This document shows, piece after piece, positions 48,137 through 56,690 of a DNA stretch of 64,000 nt. Below the pieces are notes generated by a model. It made no database searches and was not told the origin of the DNA. It worked only from the letters and a program-made list of their open reading frames with translations. Numbering within the stretch: the first letter of the stretch is position 1; the number at the start of each line of letters is the position of its first letter. Origin of the DNA: Planctomycetota bacterium (lineage in GTDB: Bacteria > Planctomycetota > UBA1135 > UBA2386); the NCBI GenBank assembly GCA_046290465.1, contig JBKAGP010000001.1, forward strand, positions 3,168,001-3,232,000, written 5' to 3'. The position numbers and the translations under genes are program-made.

Positions 48137-48648
48137 CGGTTCCTCCTCCGCTCGATACACGCGTGCAGCGCCGACCGCAGCCGACGCAGCGCGCTCTTGA
48201 CGCCGTGCTCACTGATGCCCAACCGCCGCGCCGATGCCGCCCGGCCCGCACCTTCGTGGTAGGTCCGGTGCAGCAGCCGCCGGCTGCGCTCGGGCAGCTC
48301 GTCGATGCAGGCGCGCAGCGCGTCGACGTAGTCGTCGGCGCCGTCGTCGCCGCACTGCTGCTGCCACAGCTCGTCGGCGTGCTCGACCTCGCGGCGGGTC
48401 ATGCGGCAGCGCTGCGACTTGAGCCAGCGGTGCCGCGCCGTCGTGCGCAAGAACGAGAACGCCGCCGCCGGCGAAGACGCGTCAAAGCCGGGCCGCTCGA
48501 GCGCGACGACGAACGCCTCCTGCACGAGGTCGTCCGCGCTGGCGTCGTCGGCGCCCAGCACACGTAGATAGCGCCAGAGCGCGGCGCGGTGCCGCTCGAG
48601 GGCGGTGCCGACGTCGTTCGCGGTGGCGCGTTGTTCGGGGATGGTCAT
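48133..48648 (-). CDS. ECF-type RNA polymerase sigma factor
   Basis: LWRYLR..ADDLVQEAF, CIDELPER.R and VKSALRRLRSALHACIE motifs. Confidence 0.9.
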   Translation of the reverse strand: MTIPEQRATANDVGTALERHRAALWRYLRVLGADDASADDLVQEAFVVALERPGFDASSPAAAFSFLRTTARHRWLKSQRCRMTRREVEHADELWQQQCGDDGADDYVDALRACIDELPERSRRLLHRTYHEGAGRAASARRLGISEHGVKSALRRLRSALHACIERRRNR

Positions 48649-48711
48649 CGGGGTCACGACGCCTGATCCCCCGGGATCGACCAAAGGGTGCAGCGTTTCC
48701 GACGCCGCGGA

Positions 48712-48999
48712 CTACTTGCGCTTCGCCGGTTCCCCGACGGCTTCGAGCGCCGCCAGCAGCTGGTCGACGCCGACCTTGTCGGGCTCGTAGCGTACCGAGA
48801 ACTGCTTCACGTTGGCCCGGATGTAGACGTCGTAGACGCCGTCGATCTGGCCCAGTTCGCCACGCACGGTGGCGACGCACTGCAGTCAGGGCGAGATGTC
48901 GAGCACGAGGTCGACCTGCTCGAGGTTCTCCGGCGGCGGCGGCGCGCTGCACGCGACCAGCGCGGCGAACAGGACGAACGGGGAGGTGCGGAGGTTCAT
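48712..48999 (-). CDS. HMA-like (CopZ/MerP fold) lipoprotein, candidate selenoprotein (U-L-Q-C)
   Basis: Absent from the ORF track. Manual translation: MNLRTSPFVLFAALVACSAPPPPENLEQVDLVLDISP-*-LQCVATVRGELGQIDGVYDVYIRANVKQFSVRYEPDKVGVDQLLAALEAVGEPAKRK. TGA at 48888-48886 (codon 38). Confidence 0.78.
48857..48875 (-). promoter_or_regulatory. Candidate SECIS hairpin 2
   Basis: UCGCCAC-CGUGC-GUGGCGA (perfect 7 bp), extendable by CAGU/ACUG. The loop begins 17 nt after the UGA. Confidence 0.55.
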
Positions 49000-49072
49000 G
49001 ACGGGGCCATGCTACGACGGCCCCGTCGATCGGTTCGACATCGCCCGATACCGCGCCCGACCGCCCGCTCGC

Positions 49073-51658
49073 CTAACTGGCGCGCGGGTCGCCGAACGTG
49101 CCGCCGACCGGCAGCGCGCGCAGGTTGGAGTGCAGCACCTGGAAGTGCGGCCGCCCCTGCGCGTCCGGGCCGCGGAACACCAGCGTCGCCGCGGCGGCCT
49201 GCGGGATCGCCTGGCCGAGCAGCTGCACCAGCGGCGTCGTCTTGCGCACCGGCACGTCGACGCCGTCCTGTTGCGGCACCAGCAGCACCGCGCGGCCGGC
49301 GAAGCGCGGCAGGTGGACCTGCAGCTCGCCGACGATCGCCTGCAGGTGGGCCTCGTCGTCGCCGGCGGCGACGCCGAGCACGACCATCGGCGGCACCGAT
49401 TCGTCGCGGCGGCCCAGCAGCTTGAGCAGCGGTCCGTCCGTCGACGCGGCGGCGGGCGACGACCCGGGCGCCGACGTCGCCGGCACCGGCGGCGGTGTCG
49501 CGGGCACCGGCGGCGGCGTCGCCGCCGCAGCCGAACTGTCCCCGACCGGCTCGGGCGCGACCGCGTCGTCGGCGGTCAGCTCCGGGATCTCCTCGGCGGC
49601 CGGCTGCGGTTCGGGGTGCAGCTGCACCTCGTCACCTTCGCCGCGCGCCAGCACGACCTTGGACGCCTTCTTGTCGCGCAGCGCCGCGACCAGCTTCTGC
49701 ACCGCATCGCCGTCGGCGTCGCCACCCGGCCACGTGACCGTGACGGTCGCGCCGACCAGCATGCCGAGCGCCTTCAGGCGATCGGGCAGTTCGCGTTCGA
49801 CCATGCGGGCGTCCATCGCGGCGTCGCCGGTCGGCTCGACCACGAACGTGGCCTGCTTGCCCTTCTTGTCGGCCGCCTCGAACAGCGGCGGGTGCAGCCG
49901 GATCGGCTCGGCGCCGTCCAGCACCACCTGCGAGGCGCCCTGTTCGAGCACGTAGTCGGCCACCAGCGTCGCCGCCGCCGAGTCCTTGATGGTCACCGAC
50001 TGCAGCGCGACCTCGACGCCCTCGAGCTCGCGCACGACGGCGCGCTGCTGCTGGCCTTCGTTGCGACCGTCGACGACGCAGCTGACGGTCAGCCCCTGGC
50101 TGCCTTCGGCGACCGCGAGCATCGGCGGCAGCAGCACGTCGACCTCACCGCCCTCGGCGAGCTCGAGGCGCATCGCGCCGGCCTCGGCCACGGCGCCACA
50201 GAGGCCGTTGCGCAGCGTGCGCGACAGCGCGACCTCACCGTGCACCTCGATGCGCACGGCCTGGCCGTGCAGCTTGGCGAGATGCGCCGGCAGGCGGCGG
50301 TCGATCGCTCGCTGCAGTTCCTTGGGCTTGCCCGCTTCGCTCTCGACCACGATTACCTGCACGTCGCCGTCGACGCCGAAGTGGATCGGAGCCGGCACGA
50401 ACGGCTCGCGTTCGTCGCCGTGCACGGTGCACGCGAGGCGGTGCGGCGCCATCGTCCTGGTCGCCTCCTCGAGCGTCTTGACGGCCTCCTCGTCGAGCGC
50501 GAAGTCCTGCGGCCAGTCGATCACGACGTCCTTGCCGGCGGTGTCGTCATGGTGCTCGGCGAGTTCGCGCACGAACGTCGACAGCACCGCGGCGCGCGAG
50601 CGGCCATTGGGGGTCAGCCGCAGCTCGACCTCCTTGCCGGCGCGCACGCTGATCAGCGGCGGCCAGACGATGTCGAAGTCGTCGGCGCCGCCGACCTCGA
50701 CCAGCGTCGCACCGGCGTCGCGCGCGAAGTCGACGCAGAACGACTGCACCGCGTTCGACTCCCGCGCGAACTGGAAGCGCACGTTCTTGCCGTCGAGACC
50801 CGCCTTGTGGTTGGGCAGCACCAGCGTCAGCGCGTCGATGCAGTCGGCGTCGCTGTCGGTCAGCGAGATCGTGATCGTCGCCTTGCTGCCGCTGACCGAG
50901 CACTGCACACGCTCCTCGAGGTCACGGTCGAACAGCACGCGCGCGCCGACCGCCATGCTGCGGGCGCCGGCATCGCGCAGCGCCATCGCGAGCGCGTCGC
51001 GTGTGGTCGCACCCGGCTTGGCGCCGCCCTTGAACTGGAACACGAAGCGGCCACCCTTGGCGTACGCGACCAGCTTGGCGAGGTGCGGATCGAGCGCGAC
51101 CGGCAGGTCGGCCTGCTCGCAGTCTCCGGTCGCGACCTGGACCATGGTGACGCCGTCTCCGACCTCGGTCTGGACCTCGACGGTCGGCAGGCTGCCCTCG
51201 TGCACGGTCTCGTCGCCGAAGCCGCGGCGCACGACCACCAGCAGCGGCTTCTGCGGCTGCAGCTGCTCGGCGACCTGCGCCTTGACCGCGCTGCCGACCA
51301 GCCCGTCGCCGGTGAACCGCACCAGCACCTTCTTGTGGCGCAGCCTGGCGCCGAACGCGCCGGCGATGCGACCGAGCGGTCCCTCGACCGCATCGGACAC
51401 CTCCTTCTTGGGCATGTCCGGGACGTCGAGCGTGACCACCGTGTCGAAGCCGTCTTCGTCGCCGTCGGCGCAGGACCCCTTGACCGGACCTTCGTCCTGC
51501 TCGACCGCCTCGAGCTCGGGCAGCTCCGGCAGGTCGTCGAGCGACTCGAGCTCGGGGAGATCCGCGAGCGGCTCGAGTTCGGGCAGTTCGGCTTCGATTT
51601 CGTCCTTGGCGGAGCGACCTGGTCGCTTGCGGGGCAGCCCGTGGCCGTGCTTCGTCAT
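49073..51658 (-). CDS. Large uncharacterised protein with about 8 tandem ~85-90 aa alpha/beta units
   Basis: About 860 aa, no signal peptide or TM helix. Recurring RELP/..G..VxxxW/F..AGAxxV..(H/W/L)PP pattern, acidic LPELE N-terminal repeats and a Pro/Ala linker. Confidence 0.75.
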   Translation of the reverse strand: MTKHGHGLPRKRPGRSAKDEIEAELPELEPLADLPELESLDDLPELPELEAVEQDEGPVKGSCADGDEDGFDTVVTLDVPDMPKKEVSDAVEGPLGRIAGAFGARLRHKKVLVRFTGDGLVGSAVKAQVAEQLQPQKPLLVVVRRGFGDETVHEGSLPTVEVQTEVGDGVTMVQVATGDCEQADLPVALDPHLAKLVAYAKGGRFVFQFKGGAKPGATTRDALAMALRDAGARSMAVGARVLFDRDLEERVQCSVSGSKATITISLTDSDADCIDALTLVLPNHKAGLDGKNVRFQFARESNAVQSFCVDFARDAGATLVEVGGADDFDIVWPPLISVRAGKEVELRLTPNGRSRAAVLSTFVRELAEHHDDTAGKDVVIDWPQDFALDEEAVKTLEEATRTMAPHRLACTVHGDEREPFVPAPIHFGVDGDVQVIVVESEAGKPKELQRAIDRRLPAHLAKLHGQAVRIEVHGEVALSRTLRNGLCGAVAEAGAMRLELAEGGEVDVLLPPMLAVAEGSQGLTVSCVVDGRNEGQQQRAVVRELEGVEVALQSVTIKDSAAATLVADYVLEQGASQVVLDGAEPIRLHPPLFEAADKKGKQATFVVEPTGDAAMDARMVERELPDRLKALGMLVGATVTVTWPGGDADGDAVQKLVAALRDKKASKVVLARGEGDEVQLHPEPQPAAEEIPELTADDAVAPEPVGDSSAAAATPPPVPATPPPVPATSAPGSSPAAASTDGPLLKLLGRRDESVPPMVVLGVAAGDDEAHLQAIVGELQVHLPRFAGRAVLLVPQQDGVDVPVRKTTPLVQLLGQAIPQAAAATLVFRGPDAQGRPHFQVLHSNLRALPVGGTFGDPRAS

Positions 51659-51818
51659 TCGTTCTGTCTGAGGGGTCGAGGGGAGAGGGGTCGCACAAGG
51701 TAACGGAGCGCGAGCCGACGCCAAGGGCGAGGGCCTGGCAACGGCCCCAAATCGGCCGGCGCGCCCGATCCGATCCGAGAACGGCCTTGCGACTCCGCGC
51801 CCCCGCCCCGCTCCGCCG

Positions 51819-52349
51819 CTACCGGCCCAGCAGCTCGGCGAACTCGCCGGCGGAGAGCGACAGCACCTCCTCGGCGACGATGCGGTCGTCGGCGTCCACC
51901 AGGTAGCTCGGCGAGCCCCAGATGACGCCGACCTCCCAGGCCTCTCGCGCGCCGGCCGCGTCGGCCAGGATCGCGAACGGCAGCTGCTCCTCGTCGAGGA
52001 ACGCCAGGGTCTCGTCGACGCTGGCGTCGGTCACGCCGAGCACGAGCAAGCCGTCGCCACGATGGTCGGCCGCGATCTTCACGAGATGCGGCAGTTCGTC
52101 ACGACAAGGGCCTCAATGCGGCTGCAGGAACACGACCAGCCGCCAGCGCACGTCCGGCGGCACCCAGTCGTCGGGCGCGTCGCGCGCGCCGTCGTCCTCG
52201 TCGGGCGGCAGCAGCCAGGCGCCGTCGGACAGCGCGGGCGCGGTGCGACCAGCGAGGTCGGTGTTGCCCCAGTCGCGCCAGAGCGACCGGAACGAGGACG
52301 CGCAGCCGGTCAGCAGGACCAGCGACGCGAGCAGCAGCGTGCGAAGCAT
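51819..52349 (-). CDS. TlpA/peroxiredoxin-like lipoprotein, candidate selenoprotein (U-G-P-C)
   Basis: Lipobox LTGC. Sequence G..AP, LVVFLQPH-*-GPCRDELPHL..GLLVLGV..LPFAILAD..PSYLVD. TGA at 52115-52113 (codon 79) joins two in-frame track ORFs. Confidence 0.82.
52069..52092 (-). promoter_or_regulatory. Candidate SECIS hairpin 3
   Basis: GCCGCAUCU-CGUGA-AGAU(C)GCGGC. The loop begins 29 nt after the UGA. Confidence 0.5.
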
Positions 52350-52441
52350 GGCGCGAGGATACGAGCCCGTCCCGGTTCGGTTGCGCGCGATCGTGGGTCG
52401 GCGCGAGGTCGCACCGCGGGCGCCCGTCCGGGCGCTCCCCA

Positions 52442-53605
52442 TCAGCCGTCGACCTTGCCGCCGCGGCGCTCGCGCTCGACCAGCCGGCGGACCCGGCCGT
52501 CGTGCGAACCGAACCACAGCGAGCCGTCGACCACGGTCGGCGAGCTCCACACGGTGCGGCCGATGCCGAACCGCCAGACCACCTCGCCGCGGATCCGGTC
52601 GATCGCGAACAGCGCGCCCGGATCGTCGCCGCCGGCCCCCTCACCGCCGACGTAGAGGTGCTCGCCGACCAACGCCGGGGTGCCGAGCACGCGGCCGCGC
52701 AGGTTGCAGCGCCACAGTTCGCGGCCTTCGGCGAGCGTGCAGGCGTAGAGATGGTGGTCGCCGGAGCCGACGTAGACGACGCCCTCGCCGCGGTGCACGA
52801 CGGGCGACGAGAACACCGGACCGCCGGTCGGCAGGCGCCAGGCCTCGCGTCCGGTGACCGCGTCGAGCGCGTAGAGGTTGCCGTCGTCGGAGCCGACCAG
52901 CACGAGGCCGTCGACGATCGCCGGCGACGACCAGACCGGGGCGCCGGTCTGGTAGCGGAACCGTTCGGCTCCGGATTCGGCCTCGAGGCCGTAGACGCGG
53001 CCGTCCTGCGAACCGATCGCCACCAACCCGTCGACGACGGCGGGGGACGACAGGATCCGACCGTCGGTCTCGAACGTCCAGCGCAGTTCGCCGTCGCGCT
53101 TGCCGATCGCATAGACGAGCTGGTCGAAGCCGCCGAAGTAGACGGTGTCGCCGACCACGGCCGGCGACGACTGTTGGCCGCCCTCGCCGAGCTGCACGAA
53201 CCAGCGCAGCTCACCGCTCCGGGCGTCGAGCGCGTAGAAGCGGTCGTCGTCGGCGCCGAAGTAGACGACGCCGTCGACCACCGACGGCGAACAGCGCACC
53301 AGTCCGTCGACCGCGTAGCGCCAGCGTTCGTCGCCGGTCTCGGCGTCCAGGGCGTAGAGGTGGTCCGCGAACGTGCCGACGTAGACGACCCCGTGCACGA
53401 CGGTCGGCGACGACTCGACCGTGCCGCCGGTGTCGAACTCCCAGACCTGCTGGGGCTGTCCGATCGGCCGCGCGCCGTCGGCGCTGCCGTGGTGCAGCGG
53501 CCCGCCGCGGAACGCACTCCAGGCGCGCGGCATGCCCGGACCGAGCTTGCAGCCCGCCGCGAACACGAGCGACAGCAGGCAACCGAGGTGCACGGCGTTG
53601 GTCAT
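52442..53605 (-). CDS. PQQ-like (BamB-type) beta-propeller lipoprotein
   Basis: Lipobox AAGC and about 8 repeats of SSPxVxDGxVYxGxxDxxLYALDxxxGxxxW. Confidence 0.9.
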   Translation of the reverse strand: MTNAVHLGCLLSLVFAAGCKLGPGMPRAWSAFRGGPLHHGSADGARPIGQPQQVWEFDTGGTVESSPTVVHGVVYVGTFADHLYALDAETGDERWRYAVDGLVRCSPSVVDGVVYFGADDDRFYALDARSGELRWFVQLGEGGQQSSPAVVGDTVYFGGFDQLVYAIGKRDGELRWTFETDGRILSSPAVVDGLVAIGSQDGRVYGLEAESGAERFRYQTGAPVWSSPAIVDGLVLVGSDDGNLYALDAVTGREAWRLPTGGPVFSSPVVHRGEGVVYVGSGDHHLYACTLAEGRELWRCNLRGRVLGTPALVGEHLYVGGEGAGGDDPGALFAIDRIRGEVVWRFGIGRTVWSSPTVVDGSLWFGSHDGRVRRLVERERRGGKVDG

Positions 53606-53729
53606 GCCGCGATCGTGCGCGGCGACGGCACGCGCATCAACCTCCTGGGAAAGCCGCATCGAAGGCGCCGATCCGGCCGAAACGGACTCCCGGTGTTTTC
53701 CGGCCGCCCTCGTGGCGTACAACCCACAC

Positions 53730-54713
53730 ATGTCCGAACCGACCCTCGCCTTCCGCAATCCACCCGACTGGAGCCGGCTGCGCGTCCTGAAGTGGATCGT
53801 GCCCGCCGTGCTCGTCGTCATCCTGGCGCTGACGATGTACTACACCGTGCCGCCGGACTCGCAGGGCGTGGTGCTGCGCTTCGGCCGCTTCAGCTCGATC
53901 GAAGAGCCGGGCCTGCACTTCAAGCTGCCGTTCGGCGTCGACTCAGTCGAGACCGTCCCGGTCCGGCGCCAGCTCAAGCTCGAGTTCGGCTTCGGCACTT
54001 CCGGTGCGACCAACTCGAGCCAGCGCAGCAGCAGCCGCGAGGCGCAGGTGCGCGAGAAGAGCATGGTGACCGGCGACCTCAACGCCGCGCTGGTCGAGTG
54101 GGTCGTGCAGTATCGGATCGACGATCCGCGCTCGTTCCTGTTCGTCGTGCGCGCGCCGGAACAGACGCTGCGTGACCTGAGCGAGGCGGTCATGCGCGAG
54201 GTGATCGGCGACCGCACCGTCGACGAGGTCATCACCACCGGCCGCCAGGAGATCGAGGACCGCGCGCTGCAGCGGCTGCGCGAGATGGCGGCCGACTACC
54301 AGCTCGGCGTCAAGGTCGACCAGCTGCAGCTCAAGAACGTCAACCCGCCCCGCGAGGTGCAGAAGTCCTTCAACGAGGTCAACAAGGCCCAGCAGGAGCG
54401 CGAGCAGATGATCAACGTCGCCAACGGCGAGTACAACAAGGTCGTGCCGCGCGCCAAGGGCGAGGCGGAGCAGAAGATCAGCGAGGCCGAAGGCTACAAG
54501 CTGAAGCGCGTCAACGAGGCGCTCGGGGACGCGGCCGCGTTCAACTCGGTGCTGACCGAATACCTGAAGGCGCCCGACGTGACGCGCAAGCGCCTCTATC
54601 TCGAGACGATGGCCGAGGTCATCCCCGGCCTGTCGGGCACCTGGATCGTCGACGACTCGGTCACGCAGCTGCTGCCGATGGTGCAGGGCAAGGGCCTGGG
54701 AGGTGGAAAGTGA
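53730..54713 (+). CDS. hflK: FtsH protease modulator HflK
   Basis: TM helix, GVVLRFG..PGLHFKLPFG, MVTGDLN, P.A.GEA and RLYLETM motifs. Confidence 0.92.
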   Translation: MSEPTLAFRNPPDWSRLRVLKWIVPAVLVVILALTMYYTVPPDSQGVVLRFGRFSSIEEPGLHFKLPFGVDSVETVPVRRQLKLEFGFGTSGATNSSQRSSSREAQVREKSMVTGDLNAALVEWVVQYRIDDPRSFLFVVRAPEQTLRDLSEAVMREVIGDRTVDEVITTGRQEIEDRALQRLREMAADYQLGVKVDQLQLKNVNPPREVQKSFNEVNKAQQEREQMINVANGEYNKVVPRAKGEAEQKISEAEGYKLKRVNEALGDAAAFNSVLTEYLKAPDVTRKRLYLETMAEVIPGLSGTWIVDDSVTQLLPMVQGKGLGGGK

Positions 54714-55654
54714 AGATCTGGCCGATCCTGGTGGGCCTGGTGGCCCTGTTCCTGGTGCTGGTGCTCGGCGGTGCGTTCTACACCGTGCACGAGACCGACA
54801 CCGTGATCCTGACGCAGTTCGGCCGCCCCGTCGGAGATCCCGTCACCGAACCCGGGCTGCACTTCAAGACGCCGTTCGTGCAGGAGGTCAACCGCCTCGA
54901 GAAGCGCGTGCTCGAATGGGACGGGCCGGCGACCGAGATGCCGACCAAGGACAAGACCTACATCGAGGTCGACACGTTCGCGCGCTGGCGCATCGGCGAT
55001 CCGGCGCAGTACTTCGTCAAGCTGCGCGACGAGCGCAGCGCGCAGTCGCGCCTCGAGGACATCATCGGCAGTGAGGTGCGCACGGCGGTGGCCGCGCACG
55101 AACTGATCGAGGTCGTGCGCAGCGACAAGAACCGCGTCGCCGTGACCGACCCGAACTCCGACGAGACCAGCACCTCGGTGCTGCCGCCCGCAACGCGGGG
55201 ACGACTCGAGCTGCAGGCCGACGTGCTGAAGGCGGCCGCGCCGAAGCTCGCGACCATCGGCATCGAGCTGCTCGACGTGCGCATCAAGCGCGTCAACTAC
55301 AACCGCGACGTCGGCATCGACATCTACAAGCGCATGATCAGCGAACGCGAGCAGATCGCGGCGCGCTTCCGCAGTGAAGGCGAGGGCGAGGCGGCGCGCA
55401 TCAACGGGCGCCGCGAGCGCGACCTGCGCGAGATCGAGTCGAACGCCTACAAGCGCGTGCAGGAGCTGCGCGGCGAGGCCGACGCGGAGGCGACGCGGAT
55501 CTATGCGGAGGCCTACGACCAGAGCGCCGAATCGCGCCAGTTCTACGGCTTCTTGAAGACGCTCGACACCTACCGTTCGATCCTCGGCAGCCAGACCAAC
55601 GTGATCCTGTCGACGGACAGCGAGCTGTTCCGCCTGCTGGAGAAGACCAACTAG
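54710..55654 (+). CDS. hflC: FtsH protease modulator HflC
   Basis: TQFG..PGLHFK.PF, DVRIKR, RM.SER..A..RSEG and FYGFLKTL.Y motifs. Directly follows hflK. Confidence 0.92.
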   Translation: MKIWPILVGLVALFLVLVLGGAFYTVHETDTVILTQFGRPVGDPVTEPGLHFKTPFVQEVNRLEKRVLEWDGPATEMPTKDKTYIEVDTFARWRIGDPAQYFVKLRDERSAQSRLEDIIGSEVRTAVAAHELIEVVRSDKNRVAVTDPNSDETSTSVLPPATRGRLELQADVLKAAAPKLATIGIELLDVRIKRVNYNRDVGIDIYKRMISEREQIAARFRSEGEGEAARINGRRERDLREIESNAYKRVQELRGEADAEATRIYAEAYDQSAESRQFYGFLKTLDTYRSILGSQTNVILSTDSELFRLLEKTN

Positions 55655-55679
55655 CCCACCGGCCACCACGCTTCGCACC

Positions 55680-56681
55680 ATGGACCGACGCACGTTCCTC
55701 GCTTCCGGCGCCGGCGCCGCGGCCTTCGCCGCGACCGGCCACGCCCTGCAAGACCCGAAGGGTTCCAAGCCGAAGGCCCCAGATCCGCAGCAGAAGGATC
55801 CGCAGCAGCAGGATCCGCAAAAGTCGGATCCGCAAAAGTCGGATCCGGGGGCCGCGCCCGGCGGCAAGCCGTTCCAGCTGCTGTATGCGCCGCACTTCGG
55901 CATGTTCCGCCACCACGCCAAGGACCTCGAGGACCAGCTGCAGTTCGCGGCGGACCAGGGCTTCCGCGCCTGGGAGGACAATGGCATGGGTCGCAAGGAC
56001 GAGGCGACCCAGCGGCGCCTCGCGGCCCGGATGGCCAAGCTCGACATGAAGATGGGCGTGTTCGTCGCGCACGGCGACTTCGGCAAGCCGACCTTCACGT
56101 CGGGCAAGAAGGACTTCCAGGAGCGCGTGCTGGCCGACATCGACAAGGCCTGCACGATCGCCGGGCGCGTCAACGCGAAGTGGTGCACGGTGGTGCCTGG
56201 CGCAATCGACCCGAGGCTCGACGACGGCTACCAGTTCGCCAACTGCGTCGAGCTGCTGAAGCGCTGCTGCGACAAGATCGAGCAGAACAAGAGCGAGCTG
56301 GTGATGGTGCTCGAGCCGCTCAACTTCCGGGACCACCCCAACCTCTACCTGACCAAGATCGCCCAGGGGTTCGCCATCTGCCGCGCGGTCGGCAGCCCGC
56401 ACTGCAAGATCCTCGACGACCTGTACCACCAGCAGATCACCGAGGGCAACCTGATCCCGAACATCGACGCGGCGTGGTCGGAGATCGCCTACTTCCAGAC
56501 CGGCGACAACCCCGGCCGCAAGGAGCCCTACACCGGCGAGATCAACTACCGGAACGTGTTCCGGCACATCCACGGCAAGGGCTTCGCGGGCATCGTCGGC
56601 ATGGAGCACGGCCTGTCGAAGGGCGGCAAGGAGGGGGAGCTGCAGCTGATCCGCGCCTACCGCGACGCCGACGCGTTCTAG
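55680..56681 (+). CDS. Tat-exported hydroxypyruvate isomerase-like TIM-barrel protein
   Basis: MDRRTFL Tat motif, plus VLEPLN, DLYHQQITEG, DNPGRKEP.TGEINY and GMEH. Confidence 0.88.
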   Translation: MDRRTFLASGAGAAAFAATGHALQDPKGSKPKAPDPQQKDPQQQDPQKSDPQKSDPGAAPGGKPFQLLYAPHFGMFRHHAKDLEDQLQFAADQGFRAWEDNGMGRKDEATQRRLAARMAKLDMKMGVFVAHGDFGKPTFTSGKKDFQERVLADIDKACTIAGRVNAKWCTVVPGAIDPRLDDGYQFANCVELLKRCCDKIEQNKSELVMVLEPLNFRDHPNLYLTKIAQGFAICRAVGSPHCKILDDLYHQQITEGNLIPNIDAAWSEIAYFQTGDNPGRKEPYTGEINYRNVFRHIHGKGFAGIVGMEHGLSKGGKEGELQLIRAYRDADAF

Positions 56682-56690
56682 CCAGCGCGT

